Shown here: one piece after another, positions 18,290 to 27,627 of the stretch
Layout: the number at the start of each line of letters is the position of its first letter
How positions within the stretch are numbered: position 1 is the first letter of the stretch
From: Candidatus Dadabacteria bacterium
Lineage (GTDB): Bacteria > Desulfobacterota_D > UBA1144 > Nemesobacterales > Nemesobacteraceae
Direction of reading: 5' to 3'
Assembly (NCBI GenBank): GCA_028823955.1
Contig: JAPPFE010000016.1
Coordinates: 12,497 to 76,496, forward strand
Length of the DNA stretch: 64,000 nt
Notes under the pieces: model-generated
The model's input: only the letters and a program-made list of their open reading frames with translations
Database searches by the model: none
Told to the model about the DNA's origin: nothing
Program-made: the position numbers and the translations under genes

Positions 18290-19031
18290 CTGGGTTTTTA
18301 TTCCGTTCGTTTTTCTCCTTTTTTCCTGCGCCGGCAAACTCCTGCTCTTTACTGCCGAACATCCGGATCTTTCCGCCATATTGGCAAAGGCGAAACGCAC
18401 TCAGATGGGCTTTACTTCGATAAAAGCTAGGGCTAGGGTGTCAATAAAGTCCCCACAGGGGAAAATTGTTTTCGATCAGGTAGCCACCGTCGTCCGTCCG
18501 GAGTTTCTGAGAGTTTCGGTTTTCGCTCCTTTCGGCGAGATGCTCGCGAGGGTGGTTTCCGATGGAGAAAGCGTGAGAATGAAGACCAACTGGGAAGAGT
18601 TGATCTTTGAGAATCCGGAGGATTTCAGACTTTCCTACCTTTATCCGGGACTCCCGCCCCAGCTCGGAGTTGAGGACATAGTAAACTTTCTGCTGGGGGG
18701 ATCCCCATTTGCCATTCCCCAGAAAAGTTACTCTGTGCGGACTGGGGAGAAGGAGGGGGAGATAGTTTTCGTGTTTTCGGGAAGCACGCCTCTTCAGGTT
18801 ACGGTCGATTTCCCGAGAAACTTCATAACCAGAGTAGAGGGTACGCTTTCTGACGGAGAGAAGGCTAAGATTGAGTTCTCGCTGCTCAAACGGATTGACT
18901 CGGACACCTATTTCCCGAGAAACCTGCTTTTTGAGACCGCCGATTACAGTCTCAACGTGAATTATGACGAGAATTTACGGGTAAACTCAAAGACGGATAT
19001 TTCTTTTTTCCGGTCCGCACAGGAACCCTGA
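18279..19031 (+). CDS. Lipoprotein of unknown function (LolB/DUF4292-like size and lipobox)
   Basis: 250 aa. Signal peptide with lipobox LLFSCAG. Overlaps the end of the TPR gene by 11 nt. Confidence 0.45.
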   Translation: MRHSWVFIPFVFLLFSCAGKLLLFTAEHPDLSAILAKAKRTQMGFTSIKARARVSIKSPQGKIVFDQVATVVRPEFLRVSVFAPFGEMLARVVSDGESVRMKTNWEELIFENPEDFRLSYLYPGLPPQLGVEDIVNFLLGGSPFAIPQKSYSVRTGEKEGEIVFVFSGSTPLQVTVDFPRNFITRVEGTLSDGEKAKIEFSLLKRIDSDTYFPRNLLFETADYSLNVNYDENLRVNSKTDISFFRSAQEP

Positions 19032-19032
19032 T

Positions 19033-19326
19033 TTGTCGCAGAAACCGCTTGTAAGAAACTTCGTAATAAGGAACCGTTTGGGTCTTCACGCCAGAGCGGC
19101 CGCGGTTCTGGTCGCCCTGACCAGCAGATTCAGTTCCAGTATAATGATAAGGAAAGACAGTTTCGAGATAGACGGAAAAAGCATACTGGGTGTTTTGTCC
19201 CTTGCGGCCATTTATGGCACTGAAGTTGCCGTTACGATAGAGGGGGAAGACTCGGAGCTTGCGATGGAGGAAGTCTCCCGTCTGATTGAAAGCGGCTTCG
19301 GAGAAGGAATCGATCCGGAAAACTGA
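19033..19326 (+). CDS. ptsH: HPr-family phosphocarrier protein
   Basis: 97 aa. GLHARAA with the active-site His and KSILGVLSL, typical of HPr. TTG start. Confidence 0.7.
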   Translation: MSQKPLVRNFVIRNRLGLHARAAAVLVALTSRFSSSIMIRKDSFEIDGKSILGVLSLAAIYGTEVAVTIEGEDSELAMEEVSRLIESGFGEGIDPEN

Positions 19327-19390
19327 GCTTGGGATATTTTGCAAACGGGATAAACTGAATCGGTTTTTAAGGGAAAACACTGTTACGACC

Positions 19391-20683
19391 ATGAAGATTA
19401 TAAGGATAAATTCGAGAAATCTGGAAAGAAGGTCAAGAGAAATAGAGAAATCGGCCTCACATTTCGATCCGGAGCTTGTTTCGCAGACGGAAAAGATTGT
19501 AGAGGACGTCAGAGAGCAGGGAGACTCGGCGCTTTTTCGCTACGCGAAGAAATTTGACGGACCTTACGTAACTGCGAAAAACGTAAAGGTCACCGATCGC
19601 GAATTCAAAGAGGCTAAAGCAGCCGTCGCACCGGGTATTGCAAGGGACCTTAGGAAGGCCGCTTCACGGATTCGCTCCTACCAGAAGAAGAAGCTTCCGA
19701 AGGCCGGAGCCTACAAGGATGCGCTCGGAAACGAACTTGGCTGGCTGATAAGACCAATTGAGAAGGTGGGAGTGTATGTTCCGGGAGGCAAGGCTTCGTA
19801 CCCTTCAACCGTGCTCATGACCGCCATACCGGCGCGGGTTGCCGGGGCAATCGAGATAAGCGTTGTCACACCATGTTCCGGGAAACGGGTGAATCCCGAG
19901 ATTCTTCTGGCGTGCGAAATTGCCGGGGTGAGCAACGTCTACAAAATAGGCGGGGCCCACGCCATAGCGGCAATGGCCTTTGGAACCAGGAGCATACCGA
20001 AAGTGGACAAGGTAGTAGGTCCGGGGAACATCTATGTTACGATAGCCAAGAAGCTGGTTTATGGTTTCTGCGACATTGACATGCTGGCAGGGCCGACCGA
20101 GGTTCTGATTATAGCCGACGGTTCGTGTCCGCCGGGATGGGTAGCTGCAGACCTGCTTGCCCAGGCCGAGCATGACGAAATGTCAATCCCGATTCTCGCG
20201 ACCACCAGCTACGATTACGCCAAAGAGGTGAAAAAGGAAGTGCTCTCGCAGCTAAGGGGGCTTGACAGAGAGGAAATCGCGGGCGCCGCGGTCTCAAGCA
20301 ACGGAAGAATCTACGTAACCGAGAACATGGAGCAGGCAGTGGCGCTTTCAAACGCGGTTGCTCCCGAGCACCTTGAACTTTGCGTGCGTTCCCCCAAGTC
20401 TCTTCTAAAAGGCATAAAACATGCGGGAGCAATATTTCTGGGATCTCTCTCGACCGAGCCTTTCGGCGATTACGTCTCGGGTCCGAGTCACGTTCTTCCG
20501 ACGGGAGGCGCGGCGAGGTTTTCCTCTCCTCTTAGCGTTTATGATTTCCTGAGAATGCCGAGCACCATATCGATGTCGAAAAAAGGCTTTTCGTCTCTCG
20601 GCGCGACCGTTATGAATCTTGCCCACGCCGAGGGGCTTTCAGGTCATGCGTTTTCGGTAAAAAGACGGATTGAGGATTCCTGA
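19391..20683 (+). CDS. hisD: Histidinol dehydrogenase
   Basis: The HisD family pattern runs through the whole ORF (AIDMLAGPTEVLIIADG, AQAEHDE, HLEL, GDYVSGPSHVLPT). I chose the internal ATG at 19391 (MKIIRINS) over the track start at 19286. Confidence 0.9.
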   Translation: MKIIRINSRNLERRSREIEKSASHFDPELVSQTEKIVEDVREQGDSALFRYAKKFDGPYVTAKNVKVTDREFKEAKAAVAPGIARDLRKAASRIRSYQKKKLPKAGAYKDALGNELGWLIRPIEKVGVYVPGGKASYPSTVLMTAIPARVAGAIEISVVTPCSGKRVNPEILLACEIAGVSNVYKIGGAHAIAAMAFGTRSIPKVDKVVGPGNIYVTIAKKLVYGFCDIDMLAGPTEVLIIADGSCPPGWVAADLLAQAEHDEMSIPILATTSYDYAKEVKKEVLSQLRGLDREEIAGAAVSSNGRIYVTENMEQAVALSNAVAPEHLELCVRSPKSLLKGIKHAGAIFLGSLSTEPFGDYVSGPSHVLPTGGAARFSSPLSVYDFLRMPSTISMSKKGFSSLGATVMNLAHAEGLSGHAFSVKRRIEDS

Positions 20684-20720
20684 GTAATGTTCACGCTACT
20701 GTTTAGAACGGGAGACTCCG

Positions 20721-21794
20721 GTGTCTGACATAGATTCAATTAGAAGCAGGATTTCTAAGAACGTAAGGCCAATATCTGCTTACTCGGTGCCGAGGATTGA
20801 TTGCTCGGTGAAGCTTGATGGAAACGAAAGTCCTTACGATCTTGAGGAAGAAGAGAAGCTTGCGCTTTCCGAACGGCTGGCGAAGCTTCCGGTAAATCGT
20901 TATCCGGACCCCGAGGCTCTGGAGGTAAGAACTTCTCTTTCCCGAGCTGTAGGCTTCCCTGTGGATGGGATATTGCTTGGCAACGGCTCAGACGAGATCA
21001 TACAGATGATCGTCGAGGTGCTTGGGGGGAAAAGCGGCCGCGTGCTCGTGCCGTCCCCGACCTTCTCAATGTACAGGATCACGTCGCTTATTCTGGGAAA
21101 ACAAGTGACGGAGGTTCAGCTTGATGAGAATTTTGACATAGATCTCGAACAGACCCTGGAGGCGATTCGCGCGCAGGACCCTGACATCGTTTTTCTCGCG
21201 ACTCCGAACAATCCAACCGGGAATTCTTTTTCGGAAGAAAAAGTGCTCGAGATCCTGGAGGCAAGCGGGGGCGCGGTGGTTGTTGACGAGGCCTACTGCG
21301 ATTTTTCGAAAAAAAGCTATGTTCCCCATATAGATAAATATGAAAACCTGCTGGTACTGAGAACAATGTCCAAGATAGGGTTTGCGGGGGCGAGACTTGG
21401 AATATTCTTTGCACGACCGCAGATCGCAGACGAAGTGAACAAGGCGCGTCTTCCCTATAACATAAATTCTTTTAGTCAGGATGTGATGTCTTTTGCTCTT
21501 GAAAACCCCGAGGTTATTGAACGGAAGATAAGCCTTATATTGAGCGAGAGAGAAAGAGTTCGTGCGTCGCTTGAGCGGATTGAGGGGATTCATGCTTATC
21601 CAACGGACGCGAATTTTTTCCTGGTACGGGTTTCGGACGCGGATTTTCTTTTCGAAGAGCTTGTAAAAAACGATATTCTGGTCCGTCGCTTCAAGGGAGA
21701 GGGACGCCTTGCAGACTGCCTCAGGATCACGGTTGGAACTAGAGAGGAAAACGATCAGCTTATCCAAGCCCTAGTCAGCGTATTTTCTTCCTAA
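20721..21794 (+). CDS. hisC: Histidinol-phosphate aminotransferase
   Basis: 357 aa class-II aminotransferase. PLP lysine context TMSKIGFAGARLG. GTG start. Confidence 0.85.
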   Translation: MSDIDSIRSRISKNVRPISAYSVPRIDCSVKLDGNESPYDLEEEEKLALSERLAKLPVNRYPDPEALEVRTSLSRAVGFPVDGILLGNGSDEIIQMIVEVLGGKSGRVLVPSPTFSMYRITSLILGKQVTEVQLDENFDIDLEQTLEAIRAQDPDIVFLATPNNPTGNSFSEEKVLEILEASGGAVVVDEAYCDFSKKSYVPHIDKYENLLVLRTMSKIGFAGARLGIFFARPQIADEVNKARLPYNINSFSQDVMSFALENPEVIERKISLILSERERVRASLERIEGIHAYPTDANFFLVRVSDADFLFEELVKNDILVRRFKGEGRLADCLRITVGTREENDQLIQALVSVFSS

Positions 21795-23354
21795 GTAGCT
21801 TTTCACTACGAAAAGAATTGTCGCCGCAAGGGCTATCCATGCGAAGATGTCTCCTACCCTCGAGTAGAGAGTTTCAAGCGAATCGATCAGAACCACCTCT
21901 CCCTCCAGATTTTCCGTAGTGAATATCCCCGTGCGGGCCTCTATCTTTCCTGTAGGAGATACGATCGCGCTTACGCCGCTGTTTGTTGATCTTACTAGGT
22001 AACGGCGCGTTTCAACTGCCCTTGGAATTGAGAGGAGCAGGTGCTGGTAGGGAGCGATACTCCTTCCGAACCAAGCGTCGTTTGTGAGGTTAACGAGCAG
22101 GTTGGCTCCCATTTTCACGTAGTCACTCGAAATCTTCGCCACTATGTCCTCATAGCATATAAGGGGTCCTATTCTCATGTTCTTTTCCGGAACCTCAAGC
22201 ACTCTGAGGCCTTCTCCCGGGGTGAGATCTCCCATCATGGGGAAGACTCTTTTGAGGAATTTAAGCTCCTCGTTTATCAAAGGGAAATATTCGCCCAGAA
22301 GAAAAAGCCGGGTCTTGCTGTAGTGGCCGAGGATATCACTCTGAGGATCGACTAAGAAGGTCGTGTTGTATTTTTTGTGGTCCTCTTCATCCCAGCCGTC
22401 CTCAAGCAGGATGGGATCCTGGGTAAAGGAAAGTCCTCCGATGAGGAAGTGCGCTGGGTGCCCTGCAGGCACTATGTCTGTTTGATCTTCAATTCTGTAT
22501 GACGATTTGTCTTTGGGAAACCAGTACTGAACCGATGTCTCCGGCCAGATCACGAGGTCTGCCCCCGAAAGTCTTCGTGACATCTCCCTGTGTTTTTCCG
22601 TTATGACCGGTTCATTGTCGAGGTTTTTCTCCGCGTAATCAAAATTCGCCTGAACCATCCCGATTTTCACCCGGGGCTCTGTCTTAAGGAAAGTCTCGAT
22701 TTCGTTTATCCTGAAGGATCCGTAGCCGAGCACGGTTGCGATTATGGCGATCGAGATCGCGGGTGCGGCAAGCGCAGGTTTTCTTCCACGTCGCAGGTCG
22801 TCAACGAGGTAGAAAACCGATACGTTTGCAAAAAACATCAGGAATCCCAGAAAGTTCACCCCGAGGGTGTCAACCACCTGTATTACCTTCGGGTAGTAGC
22901 CTTGGGAGACTCCTATTCCGTAGGGAAAGAGAACCGGGAAGAAAAACTCTGCGACCACCCAGGCAAAAGAGATCATGAGCGCGTTTGCGACACTTTTTCT
23001 CCGGCAGAGTCCGAATCTCGATATATACCAAGTGAAAATTCCGAACTGAAGCGATGAGTACACACAGAACAGAAACACGGCCGCCATGCTTGGGAGCAAG
23101 GGGATTTCACCGAACCTGTTAAGAGTCCCGACGAGCCAGTAAAGCGAGACGAGGTTCATGGATGTCCCGGATATCATGCCCAGTCGAAGTGACTGCGAAG
23201 CGCTTTTCCCCTGAAGCGCCAGAAGCATTGGGACAAAGCATGCCCAGCCCAGTACGCCGAGAGTGCTTGAAAAAAGGGATGCGGAAAAAAGCACCCCGGA
23301 TCCTGCGGCCAGGATTTCGTTTCCGGTCGGTCTGGTTATCCGGATCGTTTTCAT
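21771..23354 (-). CDS. lnt: Apolipoprotein N-acyltransferase
   Basis: Multi-TM N-terminus plus a C-terminal carbon-nitrogen hydrolase domain, which is the Lnt architecture. I chose the Met at 23354, which avoids overlapping lgt. Confidence 0.85.
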   Translation of the reverse strand: MKTIRITRPTGNEILAAGSGVLFSASLFSSTLGVLGWACFVPMLLALQGKSASQSLRLGMISGTSMNLVSLYWLVGTLNRFGEIPLLPSMAAVFLFCVYSSLQFGIFTWYISRFGLCRRKSVANALMISFAWVVAEFFFPVLFPYGIGVSQGYYPKVIQVVDTLGVNFLGFLMFFANVSVFYLVDDLRRGRKPALAAPAISIAIIATVLGYGSFRINEIETFLKTEPRVKIGMVQANFDYAEKNLDNEPVITEKHREMSRRLSGADLVIWPETSVQYWFPKDKSSYRIEDQTDIVPAGHPAHFLIGGLSFTQDPILLEDGWDEEDHKKYNTTFLVDPQSDILGHYSKTRLFLLGEYFPLINEELKFLKRVFPMMGDLTPGEGLRVLEVPEKNMRIGPLICYEDIVAKISSDYVKMGANLLVNLTNDAWFGRSIAPYQHLLLSIPRAVETRRYLVRSTNSGVSAIVSPTGKIEARTGIFTTENLEGEVVLIDSLETLYSRVGDIFAWIALAATILFVVKSYLGRKYAD

Positions 23355-23376
23355 GCGTAGCGGAGAAACTGCGGGT

Positions 23377-24135
23377 TCAAGACGCTTCCTTGTGTCTGCG
23401 TAAAGATATGTATTTGAGCGCTCCGACAAGGATCAGTGCAAGTGCCATTACCTGCGCTACCGAAAGGCCGGATATCGGGCTTTCAGTGGTGTTTCTTATG
23501 AATTCGATAAAGAACCTTTCAAGACCCGCGAGTCCCAGATATATGCTGGCGAGCCAGCCGACAGGCCTGTCCTTCTTCCTTATCTTCCACAGCACTAAGA
23601 ACACAAGCGACATTATGATCGTTTCATAGATCTGAGTCGGATGAACCGCCTCAAGTGTCGGGGGGGAACCCTTTGGAAACGGCATCGCCCAAGGGAGTGT
23701 GGAGGCGATCCCGTAATCGTCTCCAACTAGAAGACAGCCGACCCTTCCAGTCGCGTAAGCTATTGCGAGAGCCGGGGCGGTGGCGTCAAGAACTCTCCAG
23801 AAACTTTCTTTATGCTTTTTTGTTAGTACGAAAAAGGCGAAGAGAGCCAGAAAAAATCCTCCGTAGAAGGTAAGTCCTCCCCTTAGAAGAAGATAGTGCA
23901 TGGGGTAGGAGATAAGGTCGCTTAGGGGAACGTTCTCGATCAGGAAAAGGAGCTTGGCCCCGAGTATGCCTCCAACAAGGCAGGCAAGAAAACCCTGTTC
24001 ATGGAGTCGCCTGGACATCCCTTTTCTTTCAAATTCCATCCCGGAAACCCAGAAAGCGACAAGAAAAGAGACAGCGACCATCGCCCCGAAGGATGTAATA
24101 TGAAAATCGCCTATTCTGAGAAGTTCAGGGAACAT
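23377..24135 (-). CDS. lgt: Prolipoprotein diacylglyceryl transferase
   Basis: 252 aa polytopic protein with Lgt motifs (HITSFGAMVAVSF, YGGFFLALF, GRVGCLLVGDDYG). Confidence 0.9.
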   Translation of the reverse strand: MFPELLRIGDFHITSFGAMVAVSFLVAFWVSGMEFERKGMSRRLHEQGFLACLVGGILGAKLLFLIENVPLSDLISYPMHYLLLRGGLTFYGGFFLALFAFFVLTKKHKESFWRVLDATAPALAIAYATGRVGCLLVGDDYGIASTLPWAMPFPKGSPPTLEAVHPTQIYETIIMSLVFLVLWKIRKKDRPVGWLASIYLGLAGLERFFIEFIRNTTESPISGLSVAQVMALALILVGALKYISLRRHKEAS

Positions 24136-24264
24136 TTATTTCTTCTCTTCTCCGGATTCAAGTTCTTTTTCCGCTTCGGAGTTTGACCTTACGAGAAGAA
24201 ATATGGACAGAAAAAGTGCTATGCAGAGGGTTATCTGAATCAGCAAGTTGGTTTTCATTTCCAT
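24136..24264 (-). CDS. Small predicted membrane protein (42 aa) translationally coupled to lgt
   Basis: Read by hand on the minus strand: MEMKTNLLIQITLCIALFLSIFLLVRSNSEAEKELESGEEKK. AGGAGG RBS upstream. Its TAA stop is immediately followed by the lgt ATG. Confidence 0.35.
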   Translation of the reverse strand: MEMKTNLLIQITLCIALFLSIFLLVRSNSEAEKELESGEEKK

Positions 24265-24379
24265 GTTAAGGGACTTCCTCCTGGCTGGGCGATGACAATT
24301 TTAACGAACAGTTAAGGAAAATAAAAGTGTCGTTGCGTGCTTGAATAACCCCCGCAAGCCGGTAAATTAGTCGGCTAAT

Positions 24380-24976
24380 ATGCTTCAGTCACCGGTACTG
24401 GTTTTGAACAGGTTTTTCGTCCCTGTCTCGGTAACGAGCTTGAAAAGGGCCTTTATCCTTCTTTACGGTGGTGCTGCAAAGGCTGTAAACAGGGAGTATG
24501 AGACCTTTGACTTCGATTCGTGGAAGGATATCCGTTCGGTCGACGCCGACGACTGCGTAAGGACCGTTACCAGCGTTATAAAAGCTCCCCGGGTGATAAT
24601 TCTCGTTAGGTATGAGGGGTATCACAGAAAGCAGCCTAAGTTCAACAGGATAAACATTTTCAGGAGGGACGCGGACACATGCCAGTACTGCGCAAAGGCT
24701 TTTCGGAAAAGAGATCTTACCCTTGACCATGTGATTCCGCGGTCAATGGGCGGAAGAAGTACTTGGGACAACATAGTGTGCTGTTGTGTTAAGTGCAACA
24801 GGAAAAAGGGAGGAAAGACTCCCGAGCAGGCGAACATGAGACTGCTCACCAAACCTGTGAAGCCCGCTGCCAGTATTTTTTCCAACCTCCATTTTAAAAC
24901 CGTGAGATATGAGGAGTGGGAGCCTTTTCTGAATTTTGTGGATATGTCTTACTGGAACGTCGAACTGACTGACTGA
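24380..24976 (+). CDS. HNH endonuclease family protein
   Basis: CQYC...DHVIPRSMGG...WDNIV..C..CN is a classic HNH module with flanking Cys pairs. Confidence 0.7.
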   Translation: MLQSPVLVLNRFFVPVSVTSLKRAFILLYGGAAKAVNREYETFDFDSWKDIRSVDADDCVRTVTSVIKAPRVIILVRYEGYHRKQPKFNRINIFRRDADTCQYCAKAFRKRDLTLDHVIPRSMGGRSTWDNIVCCCVKCNRKKGGKTPEQANMRLLTKPVKPAASIFSNLHFKTVRYEEWEPFLNFVDMSYWNVELTD

Positions 24977-25050
24977 AGTTTTGTCTCAGGAAATGTCTTT
25001 GCCGCGAGATCATTGTCCATTCGCGGCCTCAGGATCTGGAAAGAAAAAAG

Positions 25051-26316
25051 ATGAGATCAGCGCTTGCGGTTTTCTTTACGCTCTTGTTTATTCCCTGCTT
25101 GGCGACCGCGCAGATACAGCTTCCCCCGGTTGCTTCTCCGATAAAAAAAATACCGATCGCCGTCGCGGTGCTTAAAGCCAAGGGGGATTTAAGCGTATAC
25201 GGGAAGAATTTCACTGATGTCCTGAAGAACGATCTTACCAACGCGGCCCTTTTTGATGTCCGCCAGGTGAACATACTGTTTTCATCCTCTTTTGAGGATA
25301 TAGATTTCGAATATTTAGATGCTCAGAAAACCAGGTATCTGGTGAGCGGAAATTTTGATATTTCGCCTCGGGAGGTCTCTTACGATCTCATAGTTTATGA
25401 TGTGCCCAGCAGGCAGGAGCGCATGAGAAGGAGATACGTGACGTCTCCGCGCCACATAAGGAATGTGGTGCACAAGTTTGCGGGTGAGCTTATGAGAGAG
25501 CTTACCGGCCTCGACGGCTTTTTTGACTCAGAGATAGTGTTTGTCAGGAGGGACGGTCATGGAAGTGATCTCTTTATCATGGATTACGACGGGCACAACG
25601 CAAAAAGGCTTACCAATCACGGATCTTCGGTTCTCTCTCCTGACTGTTCGCCTGACGGAAGCCAAGTGGTCTTCACTTCCGACAGAAGCTGGGACCATGA
25701 CGTCTACTTGCTGAATTTCAAGGCCACCCGCCTCCCCGCTGAGGGCAACAGAATAACCCGGGGCATTCACCTCGACAATTCTCCGAGCTGGTCTCCAGAC
25801 GGCAGCCGTGTGGCGTTTAGCCGTAACGGGGACATATACATAGCCTCGTCCTCAGGGGAAATACTTAAGCGACTTACTAAGTCTCCCGCCATAGATATCT
25901 CCCCGACTTGGTCTCCCGACAGCAGAAAAATTGCCTTTGTGTCGGATCGGGCGGGAGCACCGAACATATACGTGGTAAGCTCCGATGGGGGTCGAGCGGT
26001 AAGAATCACCTCGGAGGGTTACAATACCGACCCGGTCTGGTCTCCAAGCCACTTAGTTAACCGTATAGCGTTTGTGAAAGTGAAAAAATCCGAGGCCGAC
26101 ATCTACTCCGTAGGACCTGACGGCCGGGGCCAGCAGAGGCTTACCTCTTCGGGAAGAAACGAGCATCCCTCGTGGTCTCCCGATGGTCACTACATCTCTT
26201 TCTCTTCAAAGAGGCTGGGGAAAAGGCAGGTATACATCATGTACTTAAACGGTGAGAACAAGCTTCCGCTTTCCCGGGGCAAAAATGATTCGTTCTCCAC
26301 TTGGTGCGTGAAGTAG
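25051..26316 (+). CDS. tolB: Tol-Pal system beta-propeller protein TolB
   Basis: Signal peptide, TolB N-terminal domain, and repeated SPDGS/SWSPDG beta-propeller blades. Confidence 0.8.
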   Translation: MRSALAVFFTLLFIPCLATAQIQLPPVASPIKKIPIAVAVLKAKGDLSVYGKNFTDVLKNDLTNAALFDVRQVNILFSSSFEDIDFEYLDAQKTRYLVSGNFDISPREVSYDLIVYDVPSRQERMRRRYVTSPRHIRNVVHKFAGELMRELTGLDGFFDSEIVFVRRDGHGSDLFIMDYDGHNAKRLTNHGSSVLSPDCSPDGSQVVFTSDRSWDHDVYLLNFKATRLPAEGNRITRGIHLDNSPSWSPDGSRVAFSRNGDIYIASSSGEILKRLTKSPAIDISPTWSPDSRKIAFVSDRAGAPNIYVVSSDGGRAVRITSEGYNTDPVWSPSHLVNRIAFVKVKKSEADIYSVGPDGRGQQRLTSSGRNEHPSWSPDGHYISFSSKRLGKRQVYIMYLNGENKLPLSRGKNDSFSTWCVK

Positions 26317-26882
26317 CGGATGGGGAGGCTTTGCTCTTGAGACTTTTTATCGCGGCCTTTCTTCCCGAGGAAACAAAAGATGTGCTTTTTCGCTACGTCC
26401 AGTCGCTTAGGAGTTTTCTTCGAGGGGTAAGGTGGGAGCCGAGGGAGAAACTTCACGTCACGCTCAGGTTTCTTGGAGATGTTGATGAATCGTGCCTTGA
26501 GGATATATCAGCCGATGTAGGTTCCGCGGTTTGCGGTTCGGGGAGTGTTGAGTCTGGATTTGACGATTTTTACCTGTTTCCGGGCTCGAGAAATCCTAGA
26601 GTGTTGGCCTTGGGTCTTGTGAAAAACGAGCAGTTCCAGTCTCTTTTTGACAAAGTGCAGAGTGCGGTCCTGCAGAACGGGTTTGAGATGGAGAAAAGAA
26701 AATTCATCCCGCACGTGACTCTGGGTAGGATCAGAGGGGGTTTCGAGGGAATCAGGAGGATTCCTCGACCGGACAAAACGGAGTTCTCCATTACAAGAGT
26801 CGGGCTTGTTCAAAGTGAGCTTGGACCCCGGGGATCCCGCTACACCAGCCTCAGGATATGGAATCTTCAGAGTGACATTTGA
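26301..26882 (+). CDS. thpR: RNA 2',3'-cyclic phosphodiesterase (2H family, ThpR/LigT)
   Basis: Two H-x-T-x motifs (HVTLRFLG, HVTLGRI). The true start is probably TTG near 26337 (RLFIAAFLP). Confidence 0.7.
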   Translation: MVREVADGEALLLRLFIAAFLPEETKDVLFRYVQSLRSFLRGVRWEPREKLHVTLRFLGDVDESCLEDISADVGSAVCGSGSVESGFDDFYLFPGSRNPRVLALGLVKNEQFQSLFDKVQSAVLQNGFEMEKRKFIPHVTLGRIRGGFEGIRRIPRPDKTEFSITRVGLVQSELGPRGSRYTSLRIWNLQSDI

Positions 26883-26936
26883 CAAAAGAATTTTCTAACA
26901 GGCAAAATAGTGCTTCCATAAAGTGCGGAGGATGTT

Positions 26937-27251
26937 ATGCACGCTGTTATAAAGACCGGTGGAAAACAATATATAGTCAAACCGGGTGACGTTATTGATA
27001 TAGAAAAAATCTCCGGCGAACCCGGCGAAGAGGTGAACTTTGAGAAAGTTCTGCTTGTGTCCGCTGACGGAGAGGACGTTAAGGTGGGTAGCCCTGTTGT
27101 TGAAAATGCCAGGGTTGAGGGTAGAATAGTAAAGCAGAAAAAGGGCGAGAAGATAGTAGTCTTCAAGTTCAAAAGAAGGAAAGGGTACAGGAAAAAGGCG
27201 GGCCATCGCCAGAACCTGACCAGCGTCGAGATTACGAGCATAAGCGCCTGA
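26937..27251 (+). CDS. rplU: 50S ribosomal protein L21
   Basis: [18 protein letters not shown]...[17 protein letters not shown]. Confidence 0.9.
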   Translation: MHAVIKTGGKQYIVKPGDVIDIEKISGEPGEEVNFEKVLLVSADGEDVKVGSPVVENARVEGRIVKQKKGEKIVVFKFKRRKGYRKKAGHRQNLTSVEITSISA

Positions 27252-27270
27252 TTCGCGGAGGCGAGTAAGC

Positions 27271-27525
27271 ATGTCAACCAAAAAAGGTGGCGGAAGTTCC
27301 AAAAACGGAAGGGATTCCATAGGCAGAAGGCTTGGCGTAAAGAAATTCGGAGGCCAGCCGGTTGTCAAGGGGAACATAATAGTAAGGCAGCGTGGTACCA
27401 GCATTAAGCCTGGTCTGAACGTGGGGCTTGGAAAGGATTACACGATATTCGCAATGTCTGACGGGGTTGTGAAATTTCAAAAATCCGGAAAGGGCAGAAC
27501 AAAGGTTTCCGTAGTTCCTGTCTGA
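27271..27525 (+). CDS. rpmA: 50S ribosomal protein L27
   Basis: [30 protein letters not shown]. Confidence 0.9.
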   Translation: MSTKKGGGSSKNGRDSIGRRLGVKKFGGQPVVKGNIIVRQRGTSIKPGLNVGLGKDYTIFAMSDGVVKFQKSGKGRTKVSVVPV

Positions 27526-27627
27526 GCGGTTTCCCGTAAAACTAGTTTTTTATTTTTCTCCTATTATAATTACTGAATACTTTTACCGGCATGTTGTCCT
27601 TCTGGATAAGTTAGACGGAAATTTACC

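Noticed and set aside
27526-27627. Possible terminator after rpmA
   Set aside because: A T-run is present (tagttttttattttt), but I could not fold a convincing GC-rich stem just upstream.
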